In this document: in pieces, positions 1 to 12,276 of the stretch
Layout: each line of letters opens with the position of its first letter
Numbering within the stretch: position 1 is the first letter of the stretch
Assembly: GCF_006345805.1 (NCBI RefSeq)
Contig: NC_043021.1
Coordinates: 10,106,001 to 10,170,000, forward strand
Source: Octopus sinensis
Lineage: Eukaryota
Length of the DNA stretch: 64,000 nucleotides
Direction of reading: 5' to 3'
Program-made: the position numbers and the translations under genes
Notes under the pieces: generated by a model
Seen by the model: only the letters and a program-made list of their open reading frames with translations
Told to the model about the DNA's origin: nothing
Database searches by the model: none

Positions 1-150
1 ATAAGATCATTAATTTAAATATCGATCTTATCAAGTGGCCAGCATGGGAATAAAAACCTTCAAAGGTAATAATTATTATTAAAATTATAATTTAGGGTAT
101 CTAAGAGATACCGCCACGCTGGAAATAGCTATTTCCAGGGTGGCAGAAAT

Positions 151-199
<49 letters not shown>

Positions 200-1076
200 T
201 TGAATGAAATTAATGTACTCAAGCTATTTAAACAAAATTTAAGATCTTTTTTTTTTCTTGTAGTTACACTTAGATGATTGCTTATTAATATAGCATTATG
301 ATTGATCGAGCAGATAACTAGCTAGCTGTAACATCCCTTTTAAGCAAAGATGGATTTTCAACAGCACAAATTGTGAATTCTGCTGAAGTGAAAAACATGT
401 ATACTGCACTCTTAAAGTGTAGAAATCTGCACTATAAGTGTGCATCATTTAAAAGCAAAGATCCACTTTGATAAACGTTTCACTGTTGTACTGGGTACAA
501 ACCTTTAGCCAACTGTAAATTGCATCTTTTCTGCCCCACTTACCTTAAATTACCACTTATATCTTGTAATTTTATTTTTCTTCAGTCTGGTAGAACTAAA
601 TATAACTGCATGGAGATTAAAATTGTCAAATATCTGCAAACAAAGAAAATATAGAGAAAAAATGGTGTTTTATTACTATAACAATTGCTACTACTTCTAG
701 TACAGTGTATTTTTTTTCTCCCCTCTGAGTTAACATTCCATACAAAATGTCGCTTCTACGTCATAGCAATATATTGGTGACTTAGTTGTGAACAAAGAGA
801 AAGGGAGAATTTTTTTTTTTTTTAATTAATCAAATCTGAATTGGTTGGTGGTGTGACATTGTAGATTCCGTCTCGTTATGAGGAATCCATGTCTAGTCAG
901 TTTCAGTTGTGAAAAATCCGGTGAATTTCTGAAAGTTGAATGTTGTTGTTAGTTATAAAGCCCCAGGTTGATCCTGATTAAATAGACCCAAGAAGAAGAA
1001 AAAAAAAAGCATTGATGCCTTTATCATTCCACACCTAGGTCTGTAATATCCACATTCTTCTTTTTCCGTCTTACAG

Positions 1077-1450
1077 ACAGTAGGTATATGATTTGAAAGA
1101 GGTTTGATTGCTGCTTCTAGTAGGTCAAGCAACCACACAAACGCCTCTTTCTATGGCATTTGAAATGTTTCATATCCGGTGAAGAACAACGTTCTGTCTA
1201 CTATAATAAAGACACTGACCACCACCTCCATTTGAATAGTTACTCTTTATTGAAGGACAAACTGCTTCCTATTGCTGCAGCCAGACTTAAACAGAAGCCA
1301 TTGTAAATTATCATGTCTCATTTCTCTAGTATTAAAAAGATTAAAGACTCTGTCATATTTTTTTTATTTCTCACACAAAATCTGTTGTCAGTTTTTATTT
1401 TTTGTTGATATCAAAAATTTTACAATGTAAATAAATAAAAAAAAAAGTCA
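1077..1450 (+). other. Possible terminal exon of a plus-strand gene entering from upstream of the window
   Basis: Strong polypyrimidine acceptor ttcttctttttccgtcttacAG (AG 1075-1076). Early stops in all three frames after it. Overlapping AATAAA at 1430-1439 followed by T/GT-rich sequence. No homology recognised. Confidence 0.25.
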
Positions 1451-2739
1451 GTTTTGAAAGATATATATTTGTTGTCTTGTTTCTTTTCATTTATCAATGT
1501 GTGTGTATTGGTGGGGAGGGTTTTAGAGTTTCTGGTTAAACCACACGGCAGTCCTACTGCATGGTACCTTCGGCAAGAGTCTTTAACAATAACTCTGGGC
1601 CAACCAAAGCCTTGTGAGGGGATTTGTTAGGTGGAAACTGAAAGAAGCCCATTGTGCATAATTGATTCAAACTCTCTCTGTGTTATGCATGTTTTCTATT
1701 TCTTACTTTTTTCTAGCAACACTTAGTTTCATCATCCTTACCCTGAGATCTATTATCATTAAACTTGTATCCCTCCACTACTTTAATGAAATGTCTGATT
1801 TTTCCCTCTCTTTCCTTCATAATTTTGTTGGCATTTTCAGTTTCTCTCCCAAGACTATCTTCTGTTTGTCCCCATGAGATGTGTGGGTCCACAACGCACC
1901 CACCCCATCACCTTTGCTGGAAGTCTCTCTCTCATTTCTTGTCCCTAATTAGCAAACCTTCCCCACTCGTCTCCTATTGCCTTGTGGTGTTCACAATGCA
2001 GTACCCTTGCACTAGCTCCCACCCTGTGACAGACATAGCAGAGCTGCTCATCGTTGCATTAGGGTATTTGGAAATCTATCCTATCTACGTATTTTACTTA
2101 TATTTTCTGATTTTGTTTTTTCTTTTGTGGGTGCTGGTGCCATATAAAAACACCCTGGACACTCTGTGAAGTGGCTGGCATTCGGAAGTGCATCCAGTTG
2201 TAGAAATTAAGCCAAAACACACTCTGGAACCTGGTGCAGCTTCTGACCTTGTCAGTTCCTGTCAAGCCATCCAACCCATATCAGCATGGAAAACGGATGT
2301 TACACAATAATGATCAAAAGCGAAAATCATTTCAATGGCACCTGATGTTGTATTATTAGTGCAGGGGAATAAAGAAATGGATGAATGATGGCAGCTTTGA
2401 TGAAAGGAAAAATTAGTCATGCTTGTCGATCTACATCTGCTAGCAAAGCAGATGGTAAATAGACTTCTTGTATTCCCCACAGGTACAGATACAGGCAGAT
2501 TGTGAACAACTACTGTGAGCTTTGGGGGGGCTCGTAAGCCATTTCATTTCATTCATTGTAAGTACTTCATTTCATAGTTATCTTTCGTTATATGTGCTCC
2601 ATGTCCTGTGTTGTTATATCCCCTCTATATCAGGCTATATGCCTATGATAAAGAAATTAGATTGTGAACAACTAAAATCCAAGAAGCTTTACTACAGAAG
2701 CCAGGCTGTTTTCTTCTGTAGGTACCAAAAACAGGGCAG

Positions 2740-4760
2740 TAACTTCAAGTGTAGGTACAATGAAAGGTAGGTCTAGTGAGATTGCAGAGATGCTGGAGTG
2801 GAGTATACTCTGTGCAAGAAATAAGATGGAAGGGATCTTCAACCAAACACCCTATGGGTAGAAAACAGTAGTTCAAACTCTTCTGGGTGAGCATTAGTGA
2901 CAGCAGTGGTCGGGTAGGTATAAGGCGGCGAGCTGGCAGAAACGTTAGCACGCCGGGCGAAATGCTTTGCGGTATTTCATTCGCCACTGCGTTCTGAGTT
3001 CAAATTCTGCCGAGGTCAACTTTGCCTTTCATCCTTTCGGGGTCGATTAAATAAGTACCAGTTATGCACTGGGGTCGATGTAATAGACCTAATCCGTGTG
3101 TCTGTCCTTGTTTGTTCCCTCTGTGTTTAGCCCCTTGTGGGTAGTAAAGAAACAGGTATACTGTGAAATGAGAGATGGACAGATAAAATAACAGAAGTAG
3201 TCAGAGTATGTGGTAGGATAATTAAGTTATGGTTAATTATAGGTAACATCTCAGCATACTCCCCACAGGTGGCTACTGCCAGAACTATCACTTCTATGAG
3301 ACCTTCTGCAGGCTACTTCACCAATGAGTGACAGCATCCTCATTATTGTTGCTGGTGACTTCATGGGACATGATGGTCAACACATTGATAGCTTTTGTGA
3401 TGTACAGAGAGGTTATGGTTATGGCTTGAGATAGGTACGTACAAGGCTTCTGAAGTTTTGTGATGCAACTGCTCTTAACAATTTGTAACATACTCTTTAA
3501 GAAACCATCCAACTACCAATCTGGTGAACACATAAGTTAGCTTACATTCTCACCAGGGAACAAGACAGAACGGTTATTGTGAATGCCAAAACCTTTCCTA
3601 GAAAAGAACGCCCTATCTAACATAGGTTAGTGGCTGGTGACTTCTGTGTTAGAGCTATGTAGACACAGCATGGAAAAGGATTTGGAAAGCAATTGGGAAA
3701 GGGTTTAGGAAAATTATAAACGACATTCATGACTGTAGATGAGGAGATTTATGTACCTGTTGCTTAGATGACTGGGAATTTCAACAATATAACTGATTAG
3801 GGCTACAGATCTGACATGACTGGAGCAAAGTCCCAGCCAAGCCAAAATGATCATAGTGGTGGAACAATAAGGTTGATAGGGGTCAAGGCTAAGAGACAGG
3901 CCATGACAGACTGGAAGGTTGGTGGCAGCAGGGAGCACTAGTTAATGACTAGAAGGGCATCTAGGCATTAGGTGTACATGGCTTAAGATGAGGCAGAAAA
4001 GAAGACATTTGCATATGTTCTGCAGCTTGAGGATCAGAAGTGAGAAGTGTTCAGGACTGCGAGACAATGTGTAAGAGAGAAAACAAGTTGACATTAGTAA
4101 GAAGTGTGTTTGAAATAATGACAGCAAACTTGCCATTGATTAGAACAAAAGTAAGTGGTGTGGAAGTGCTATAATGAAAGGCTTTTGAATGAGGAGAATG
4201 CATGGGATAAACAGGGATTATCCCATGCTGATCCAATAGCAGGAACCGTGATTCAAGTTAACAGCAATGTGGTAGATAAAGTGATCAAGGATATGAAAGG
4301 TGGGGAAAGTCACAGGTTCATCAAGGATGAAGTTGGATAAAGTATTGCCATTTGGATAGTCAGTATAATCATCCAGGAGGGTGTCATTCCCAATGACTGG
4401 CATTGCAGTATCTTCATAAACTGTTACAAGGACAAAAGTGATGCCTTAGAGAGAAGCAACTATATAGAGGAATCAGATCTGTAGATCAAGTTATGAAGGT
4501 CACCGAGAAAGCCATAGCCCAATTGATCCATCATAGAATCTACCTGGATGTGATGCAGTTAGGTTTTGTCCCAGATGAGACACTACAAACATAATCTTCC
4601 TTGTGGCAACTACAGAAATACAAGGCTAAGAATGAGTCACTGTTCCTGATTTTTGTTGATTTGGAGAAAGCATTTGACAGGGTACCATGTTCAGTTATCT
4701 GGTGGGTACTACAGAAACCAGGAGTTGGTGAATGGCTTGTGCAGACGTTCTTGTACATAG
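2740..4760 (+). mobile_element. Decayed RTE-clade LINE ORF (APE endonuclease to start of RT), interrupted by a SINE at about 2923-3155
   Basis: Translatable remnants VGTMKGRSSEIAEMLE (about 2750) and FVDLEKAFDRVP (about 4652), the latter matching the younger RTE copy at 52772. Many stops and frameshifts. Confidence 0.8.
2923..3155 (+). mobile_element. SINE family B (tRNA-like head, GCCTTTCATCCTTTCGGGGTCGAT core)
   Basis: Head ggcggcgagctggcagaaacgttagc with B-box-like gagttcaaattc. Similar copies at about 8185-8408(-), 9765-10238(-), 17095-17390(+), 17785-18312(-), 23750-24102(-), 29958-30190(+), 34660-35015(+), 58965-59415(+), 62968-63125(+). Confidence 0.85.
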
Positions 4761-4999
4761 CTTGAATAGCTTGAACAAGTTATGTACCTGTTTTATGTCT
4801 CAAACTAGCCAGTTCTGGCCTCTCACACCTACCCTGCAATGCCATTCTAAAAATAAACAGTCACATCATCGAAATATTGAAGCTATGAGATAATGCATAA
4901 TAAATACAAGACAATATGAACAAGAGCACTCAGAGAGCACAAACCTCTGCCAAGGCAACACCAACGTCTCTCAACGATTAGCCGGAGATGATTTTTAGA

Positions 5000-5278
5000 A
5001 TTAGAATATCTGAAATAAACTCGACTGCTCTCACAAACGAGAATACTAAAAATGAACACGACCGCACTCAAGAATTAAGAAAAAAAACACGTAAAATAAT
5101 CCAGAATCCTTGTCTGGTATTGGATCGATCCCAAAATCTAATCACTTTGTGCCAGTCACGATGCCAAACATCCCTGAAAGTTTCATCCGAATCCATCCAG
5201 TGGTTCTTGAAATATCTTGCCCACAAACAAACACAACTGAAATAATACCTCCATCTTTGGTAAGGGGGAGGTAATAAA
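5000..5278 (+). mobile_element. Helentron-associated (DINE-1/HINE-like) non-autonomous element
   Basis: 3' hairpin ACCTCC(5247-5252)...GGAGGT(5267-5272) followed by AATAA and preceded by ACAAACAAACAC. This layout is recalled from HINE-type elements. Confidence 0.5.
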
Positions 5279-5366
5279 TAAGCTTCACATTTGGCAGAGA
5301 AATTTGAATGCTTAAAGGGTTCAACTAGTATCATAGTAACTTCCTAACAAAAGATCTTCCTTACTT

Positions 5367-5397
<31 letters not shown>

Positions 5398-5451
5398 TGC
5401 CTCTTCTCTTTTTCATTTTATTTGTTTCTTTGTCTACTCCACACCTGCCTC

Positions 5452-5866
5452 TATTCTTTTTACTTGTTTCAGTCATTTGACTGCGGCCATGCTGGAGCAT
5501 CGCCTTTAGTCGTAGCAAATCGACCCCCACCAGGGACTTATTCTTTGTAAGCCTAGTACTTATTCTATCGGTCTCTTTTCCTGAACCGCTAAGTTACGGA
5601 GACGTAAACACACCAGCATCTGTTGTCAAGCGATGTTGATGGGACAAACACAGATACACAAATACACACACACACATACATATACATATATATATACATA
5701 TATACGACGGGCTTCTTTCAGTTTCCATCTACCAAATCCACTCATAAGGCTTTGGTCGGCCCGAGGCTATAGTAGAAGACACTTGCCCAAGGTGCCACGC
5801 AGTGGGACTGAACCCAGAACCATGTGGTTGGTAAGCAAGCTACTTACCACACAGCCACTCCTGCGC
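5452..5866 (-). mobile_element. SINE family A (about 400-450 bp; tRNA-like head, CCTTGGGCAAG core, internal (TA)n/(TG)n, tail CAGCATGGCCGCAGTCAAATGACTGAAAC)
   Basis: About 20 similar copies, e.g. 9232-9620(-), 11042-11440(-), 13075-13490(+), 16870-17095(-), 22970-23310(+), 26920-27312(-), 27535-27965(+), 33815-34205(-), 39425-39830(+), 40240-40600(+), 47018-47420(+), 47845-48270(+), 52292-52670(+), 61805-62145(-), 63690-63900(-). Confidence 0.9.
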
Positions 5867-6219
5867 CTCTCTCTCTCTCTATATATATATATATTTTCTC
5901 TTTCTGTTTGTGTTATCTTCAATAATTTGATCTCAGTGACAATGAAAGGCTGTATTTAGTGAAACGAAGCCAACAATGAAATACTTGCAATAGAACAATT
6001 GGTGTGACAAATACTTCCACATCCACCCCTGTCACCCCTGCCATTTTGCTTCTTTCACTGAGATATTCATTTCGATGTAACATTCTGTGTAGGAGTGGAC
6101 TGGAATAGCTTGGTTTCTCTGACAAAGAATGGTGATGGCGGTGGTGATGGTGAGGGTGGTGGTGACGGTGCGGTTCTCCATCAGTTGGATAGATTTCCAT
6201 GTCGAGTATTCAAGTGTTG

Positions 6220-6849
6220 GGTCTTTTCTTTTTGAACGGCAGACAATTTCTAGTTAACTTAAACACTTTAAAACTTCGTATACTGGTAGAATGTGTCAAA
6301 ATAAAAACATTTTTTTCTCTTGGCTTTCTTGAGAAAATTGTAATTTGTTTGTTTAACGTAGTTTAATTTTTTCGAATTTTAACCAATCCTATGCTCTCTT
6401 TTGAGCTGAGACCATTTGCTGCGTCTAAAACTGAGACAACATCCTGTAACTAACACTAAACCTCCCCCCTAACCCTAACCCTAAATTTTTTTTATTAATT
6501 GTTAAATTAATTTAATTGTTACGCGTGTAAAAAAAAACTAAAGCAATGCAATTAAATTAATTTAACAATTAAGAAAAAAAGATATGGGGGAGGGGGAGGT
6601 TTAGGGTTAGTTACATGATGTTGTCTCAGTTTTAGATGCAGCAAATGATTTTAGTTGAATGGAGGTAATCGATTGGTTAAAATTGCCGAAATGCTCGGAT
6701 TTTCAGACGAAATATCTTACAAACTATAGAATTTTCTCAATAAAACCAAGAGAAAAAAATGTTTTATTTTGACACCTTCTACCAGTATACGAAGTTTAAA
6801 AGTTAACTAGAAATTGTGTTGACATGTGCCGTTCAAAAGGAAAAGATCC
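6220..6849. mobile_element. Mutator-like fold-back MITE with long TIRs and a 9-bp TSD
   Basis: Termini GG(A)TCTTTTC...GAAAAGATCC, with arms inverted over most of the length. Flanks caagtgttg (6211-6219) and caagtgttt (6850-6858). The same terminus GAAAAGATCC occurs at 8533, 15548 and about 16678. Confidence 0.8.
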
Positions 6850-7063
6850 CAAGTGTTTGTTCAACTGAATACCTAATCAAGAAATTAATCAGGTGTAGCT
6901 GCGTGGTAAGGAGTTTGCTTCCCGACCGCATGCTTTTGGGGTCTCAGTCTCACTGTGTGGCAACTCGGCCATCTTCTACAACAGTCTTGCGTTACTAAAG
7001 CCTTGTGAGTGGATATGGTAAACGGACACTGAAAACAAGGAGCCTGTTGTGTGTGTATATATA

Positions 7064-7112
<49 letters not shown>

Positions 7113-7114
<2 letters not shown>

Positions 7115-7591
7115 GTATATCCTCGGGTATAATCCGCATTTTCCTCCAAAATTTAGTGGGCAAAATCCCTAGTGCGTACTATATACGAGGTTAAAAATGA
7201 AAATTATTTTCTAAGCAATGTCCGAGTCTCTATTTGCTGTTCGGCAATGTTTATTCAGACGCATTTTGTGATGTCAGGCGCGAAAATACCTTAAATCATC
7301 TATAACTTGCAGTGAGCAACATTTATTAAACGTTACTACTGTTATTTCTTTATTTTCTGCAAACAAAATGCACAAAAAAGCTACACGTTTGCATTATGTT
7401 ATATATACAATAATAATAAAAGACATTACCGTATACAGTTTTGCAAACCAAGGACGGTATATAGACCTCCTTGACCCAAGTTAGAGAAAGGGTGCGTATT
7501 ATACACATGGTTTAAGTTTTTCACAGGTACAGCCCCCTAAAAATCCCCTGCGTATTATACTCAAGGGCGGACTATACTCGAGGATTTACGG
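7113..7591. mobile_element. Tc1/mariner (pogo-like) MITE, TA-flanked
   Basis: TA|CCGTATATCCTCGGGTATAATCCGC ... GCGGACTATACTCGAGGATTTACGG|TA. A second copy lies in the opposite orientation at 48745-49248. Confidence 0.85.
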
Positions 7592-9426
7592 TATTTATAT
7601 GTGTGCATCATGTGTATGTATGTGTGTGTGTGTGTGTGTGTTTTTGTAACCCACCACCGCTAGACAACTGTATTGGTTTGTTTACGCCCATATCATCCCT
7701 GCGCACTGTTCAACTCAGTACCCATACCATATTATGCGTAAAGACTTCCGCCCGTCCCCCATTTACAAAATCTTTGGAAATCTTTTTCAGAATCACAATC
7801 TTCGTAATTTTCTGCATACTTTGAAGAAAAAAAATTCTGAAAAAAGTACCAAAAAAAATGAAGGGAATGAGTGTGGTGGGTAATTTTAAAATGCCAATTT
7901 TTTTTCTTTTTTGCAGCCGAAAAGGGTGGTTTGTGTGGAAAATTTTTTTTTTTTTAAGGGTGGTTTTTTGTGGGGGGAGGGGAGTTTTGCCCATTATGCT
8001 CACTCCTACACATGCATTCACACACATCTTCCCAATCCCCATACAGAGAAGCACCCAATACCTCTCAACCCCTCACTCTCATCACCCCTATCCCACCTCG
8101 TACCGCCATGCTTTCCCCACAACACACAGTATCCACACCTAAAAACACACACACCTGAACACAGACAATATATCCATGTCTTTATTACCCACAAGGGGCT
8201 AAACACAGAGGGGACAAACAAGCACAGACACACGGATTAAGTCGATTACATCGACCCCAGTGCGTAACTGGTACTTAATTTATCGACCCCGAAAGGATGA
8301 AAGGCAAAGTCGACCTCGGCGGAATTTGAACTCAGAACGTAACGGCAGACGAAATACGGATACGCATTTCGCCCGGCGTGCTAACGTTTCTGCCAGGTCG
8401 CCGCCTTAACACAGACAATTCCGTTTTCATTCTGGTTTGCAATTAAGTTTACTTTTGACACATTCTACCAGTATACGAAGTTTCAAATTGTTTGGTTCAG
8501 TAGGAAAAATTGGCTTCAGAATAGAAAAGATCCCATATATGTATGTATATATGCATATATTTATATATTATTTATATTATTATATGATTGAACGCCACGC
8601 ATCCTTTACCAAGTAAGTTTTATCTCATTATTCTGTTAACCTCTTTTCAATTGGCACAAAGCCACCTCCCTCAATGCTACTTCTCACGGTCAAGGATGCA
8701 TTATCTTATCTTGCAAGTTACTTGGTGACCCCGCTGATGCCACGAAAAAAAAACAACAACAAAAAACAGAACATCCAGTACACTCTGTAAAGTGGCTGAC
8801 ATTGGGAAGGTCATCCAGTCATAGAAACCATGCCAAAAATAGACAACAAAGCTCGGCAGATGTTAAACGATGATGATGGTAACGGTGGCCATATTCATCT
8901 ATAAGTCAACAGCCACCACATCGATTTCCGCAAGAAGCTGGTAATTGTTAACACACACACGGACAAAGGGAGACAATTTCAAGAAATTAAGTACTGACGT
9001 AGTTTTTGTTAAGTCCCCTTACCCAGTATGTCCAAGACCAAAAGTATTCTATGACCACCCTGTCTTCCTTAAGGTGGTGGAAGCGTATAAGGGAGCTGTG
9101 ACTGCTATTGCCTACGGGTTTTCATAACCATGTGGATGACTCCGCTGTTCATTGATATGGCTATTTTGTTTGTTGTTTCTAGATTAATCTGTATTGCTTG
9201 TTCAACAAGTTTATTCTTTATTATTTTACAAACTCTTTTACTTGTTTCAGTCATTTGACTGCGGCCATGCTGGAGCACCGCCTCTAGTCGAGCAAATCGA
9301 CCCCGGGACTTATTCTTTGTAAGCCCAGTACTTATTCTATCGGTCTCTTTTTGTCGAACCGCTAAGTTACGGGGGACATAAACACACCAGCATCGGTTGT
9401 CAAGCAATGCTTGGGGTCAAACACAG

Positions 9427-9457
<31 letters not shown>

Positions 9458-10590
9458 CATATATACGACAGGCTTCTTTCAGTTTCCGTCAACCAAATCC
9501 ACTCACAAGGCATTGGTCGGCCCGGGGCTATAGCGGAAGACACCTGCCCAAGATGCCACGCAGTGGGACTGAACCCAGAACCATGTGGTTGGTTAGCAAG
9601 CTACTTACCACACAGCCACTCCATCCTAGCTTGTGTTGGATGGGACCTATAACATCTTACCACGACTCTATATTATCTAGCATACACACCAACAATGAAA
9701 ACCAGCCTATTGTGTTGTGCATGCCATGGATCGGGTTTCATCACTTGGAAGACCTCGAAAAGATGAAAGATAAAGTTGACCTCAGCGGAATTTGAACTCA
9801 GAATGTAAAGACATGAAATACCTATTTCTTTATTGCCCACCAGGGGCTAAACACAGAGGGGACAAACAAGGACAGACACATAGATTAAGTCGATTACCTC
9901 GACCCCAGTGTGTAACTTGTACTTAATTTATCGACCCCAAAAGGATGAAAGGCAAAGTCGACCTCGGCAAAATTTGAACACAGAACGTAGTGGCAGACGA
10001 AATACCTATTTCTTTACTACCCACAAGGGGCTAATCATAGAGAGGACAAACAAGGACAGACAAACGCATTAAGTCGATTACATCGACCCCAGTGCGTAAC
10101 TGGTACTTAATTTATCGACCCCGAAAGGATGAAAGGCAAAGTCGACCTCGGCAGAATTTGAACTCAGAACGTAACGGCAGACGAAATACGGCTACACATT
10201 TCGCCTGGCGTGCTAACGTTTCTGCCAGCTCGCCGCCTTGATACATGACAAAATTCAGAAATACAAACGTTGGTGTTGGCAACAAGATCTGTTGAGTGTA
10301 AACTTAATGGCATTCAACAGATCTCCCTCCATTTATTATACAGTTCATGACTGTTTTATAGTAAATGCATCCGTGTAGGTTCAATTATACTAAGTATATT
10401 GTATGCATTGCTATTGATATTTAGCCTCATGTCAGCCCAGACCAAGCAGATATATGATAAAAAGTGTGACTGTTTGTATGACATTATCTCCTGAGGTATC
10501 ATGTACCATTTAAAAACTATGCAACATTTACTTAATAAAAACAGGGCTTCAGATTACATTGCAATGATCACACCGTTCTATACCACAGAC

Positions 10591-10861
10591 CATAGAATAA
10601 CTGCTGCATTTGTTGATTATATAAACAGTTTATAGAGTGTTAAAAATTTTCGGTATGCAAATTAGGGACTCCTTCATAGAATAACTGCTGCATTTGTTGA
10701 GCTTATAAACAGTTTATAGATGGTTAAACACTTTTGGTATGCAAATTAGGGACTCCTTCATAGAATAACTGTTGCATTTGTTGAGTATATATAGTTTATA
10801 GAGGGTTTATATACTCAACAAATGCAGCAGTTATTCTATGAAGGAGTCCTTAATTTGCGTA
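10591..10861. repeat. 84-bp tandem repeat (about 2.5 units) ending in an inverted copy
   Basis: catagaataactg recurs at 10591, 10675 and 10759. 10738-10791 is inverted at 10808-10861. Confidence 0.9.
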
Positions 10862-11247
10862 GTCATTTTACCAAATATATACATTTTATTTTTTTGCACA
10901 TTACTTAATCATTGGTATATGTTTTTATCTTATATTTAATTTTTTCTATAGGATGTAATTTTTTTCTATATGGTATAATTTAAATTCTACATTGTTGAAT
11001 TGATAAAAGGTAGTTTTTTTCTAATTTATATATATATATATCTCTTTACTCTTTTACTTGTTTCAGTCATTTGAGTGCGGCCATGCTGGAGCACCACCTT
11101 TAGTCGAGCAAATCGACCCCAGGACTTATTCTTTGTAAGCCCAGTACTTATTCTATTGGTCTCTTTTGCCAAACCGCTAAGTGACGGGGACGTAAACACA
11201 CCAGCATCAGTTGTCAAGCAATGCTAGGGGAACAAACACATACACGC

Positions 11248-11278
<31 letters not shown>

Positions 11279-11439
11279 TATACGACGGGCTTCTTTCAGT
11301 TTCCGACTACCAAATCCACTCACAAGGCTTTGGTCGGCCCGAGGCTATAGTAGAAGACACTTGCCCAAGGTGCCACGCAGTGGGACTGAATCCGGAACCA
11401 TGTGGTTGGTAAGCAAGCTACTTACCACACAGCCACTCC

Positions 11440-11760
11440 TGAGACCCCCTTCAATCATGAATAACCATGGGATTACACCTAGAAAGTTTTCCTCTCAGGC
11501 ATAAGTGTGGACAAGATTGTTTGTGGAAGATCAGCAGTCACCCATGCGTACCAGTCTTCTCTCTACATGCCACCAGTGTTATCCAAGAGAAAGGCAAAGG
11601 CTGATACAGCTTGGCACTAGTGACATCACAACTCATTTCTGTGGACTGGAGCAACGTGAAACAAAGTGTCTTGCTCAAGAACACAACACACAACCCAGTA
11701 AAGGAATCAAACTCACAATCTCTTGATTGTAAACCCAACGTTCTAACCACAGAGCTTGGC
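11440..11760 (-). mobile_element. SINE family D (tRNA-like head, GTGTCTTGCTCAAG core)
   Basis: Related copies at about 13585-14345 (split by CR1), 23500-23650, 55960-56280(+) and 21410-21560(+). Confidence 0.7.
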
Positions 11761-11953
11761 ACCTTTACTATATATATAAAGTACAAAGTGAGATAGGGGT
11801 TATGAGTGTAACCCACTATGGGATATCATTTATCCAATATACTGCCAGTGAAGTACCCAAAAGGCTAATACATAAATGTTTACAATTGCCAAGCAATTAT
11901 TTCATTTATTGTATTATATGGGCGAAGGTAAAATGTTTTACCTCAAATTCATA

Positions 11954-12172
11954 ATACAAAATAAGAAAATGGAGGAATAGATTCCTTTCAATCATCGACT
12001 TACAGATAATACTAATTCATATAATTTATTAACTAATTAAATAGGAACATCAATGTCTTATTCTGTTGGATTTGGATGTTCCTATTTAATTAGTTAATAA
12101 ATTATATGAATTGGTATTATCTGTAAGTTGATGATTGAAAGGAATCTATTCCTCCATTTTCTTATTTTGTAT
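11954..12172. repeat. Near-perfect inverted repeat (98-bp arms, 23-nt loop), probable TA-flanked MITE
   Basis: 11954-12051 is the reverse complement of 12075-12172 with only two differences. TA|CAAAATAAG...CTTATTTTG|TA. Confidence 0.9.
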
Positions 12173-12238
12173 ATATATATATATATATATTAGCTCCTGC
12201 ACGCATTTTTTTTTCTCTCCTTGTTTCTTTTCTGTGTA

Positions 12239-12276
12239 TCTTTCTGTCGAAGAGCGTAGGCTCGAAACGTAAAAGA
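12239..12276 (+). ncRNA. Minimal type-I hammerhead ribozyme motif (A6U core variant)
   Basis: Stem I UCUUU/AAAGA, core CUGUCGA, extra A, stem II GAGC-GUAG-GCUC, GAAA, palindromic ACGU stem III, GUA cleavage triplet (after 12271). Confidence 0.65.

Noticed and set aside
865-920. Small plus-strand exon candidate (FRLVMRNPCLVSFSCEKS)
   Set aside because: Purine-rich, weak acceptor and no recognisable homology. It cannot be supported without RNA data.
5633-5959. Recurrent ORFs containing RRASFSFRLPNPLTRLWSARGYSRRHLPKVPRSGTEP (also 9397, 11211, 16914, 47823, 52249)
   Set aside because: Antisense reading of SINE family A. The recurrence reflects repeat copy number, not a protein family.
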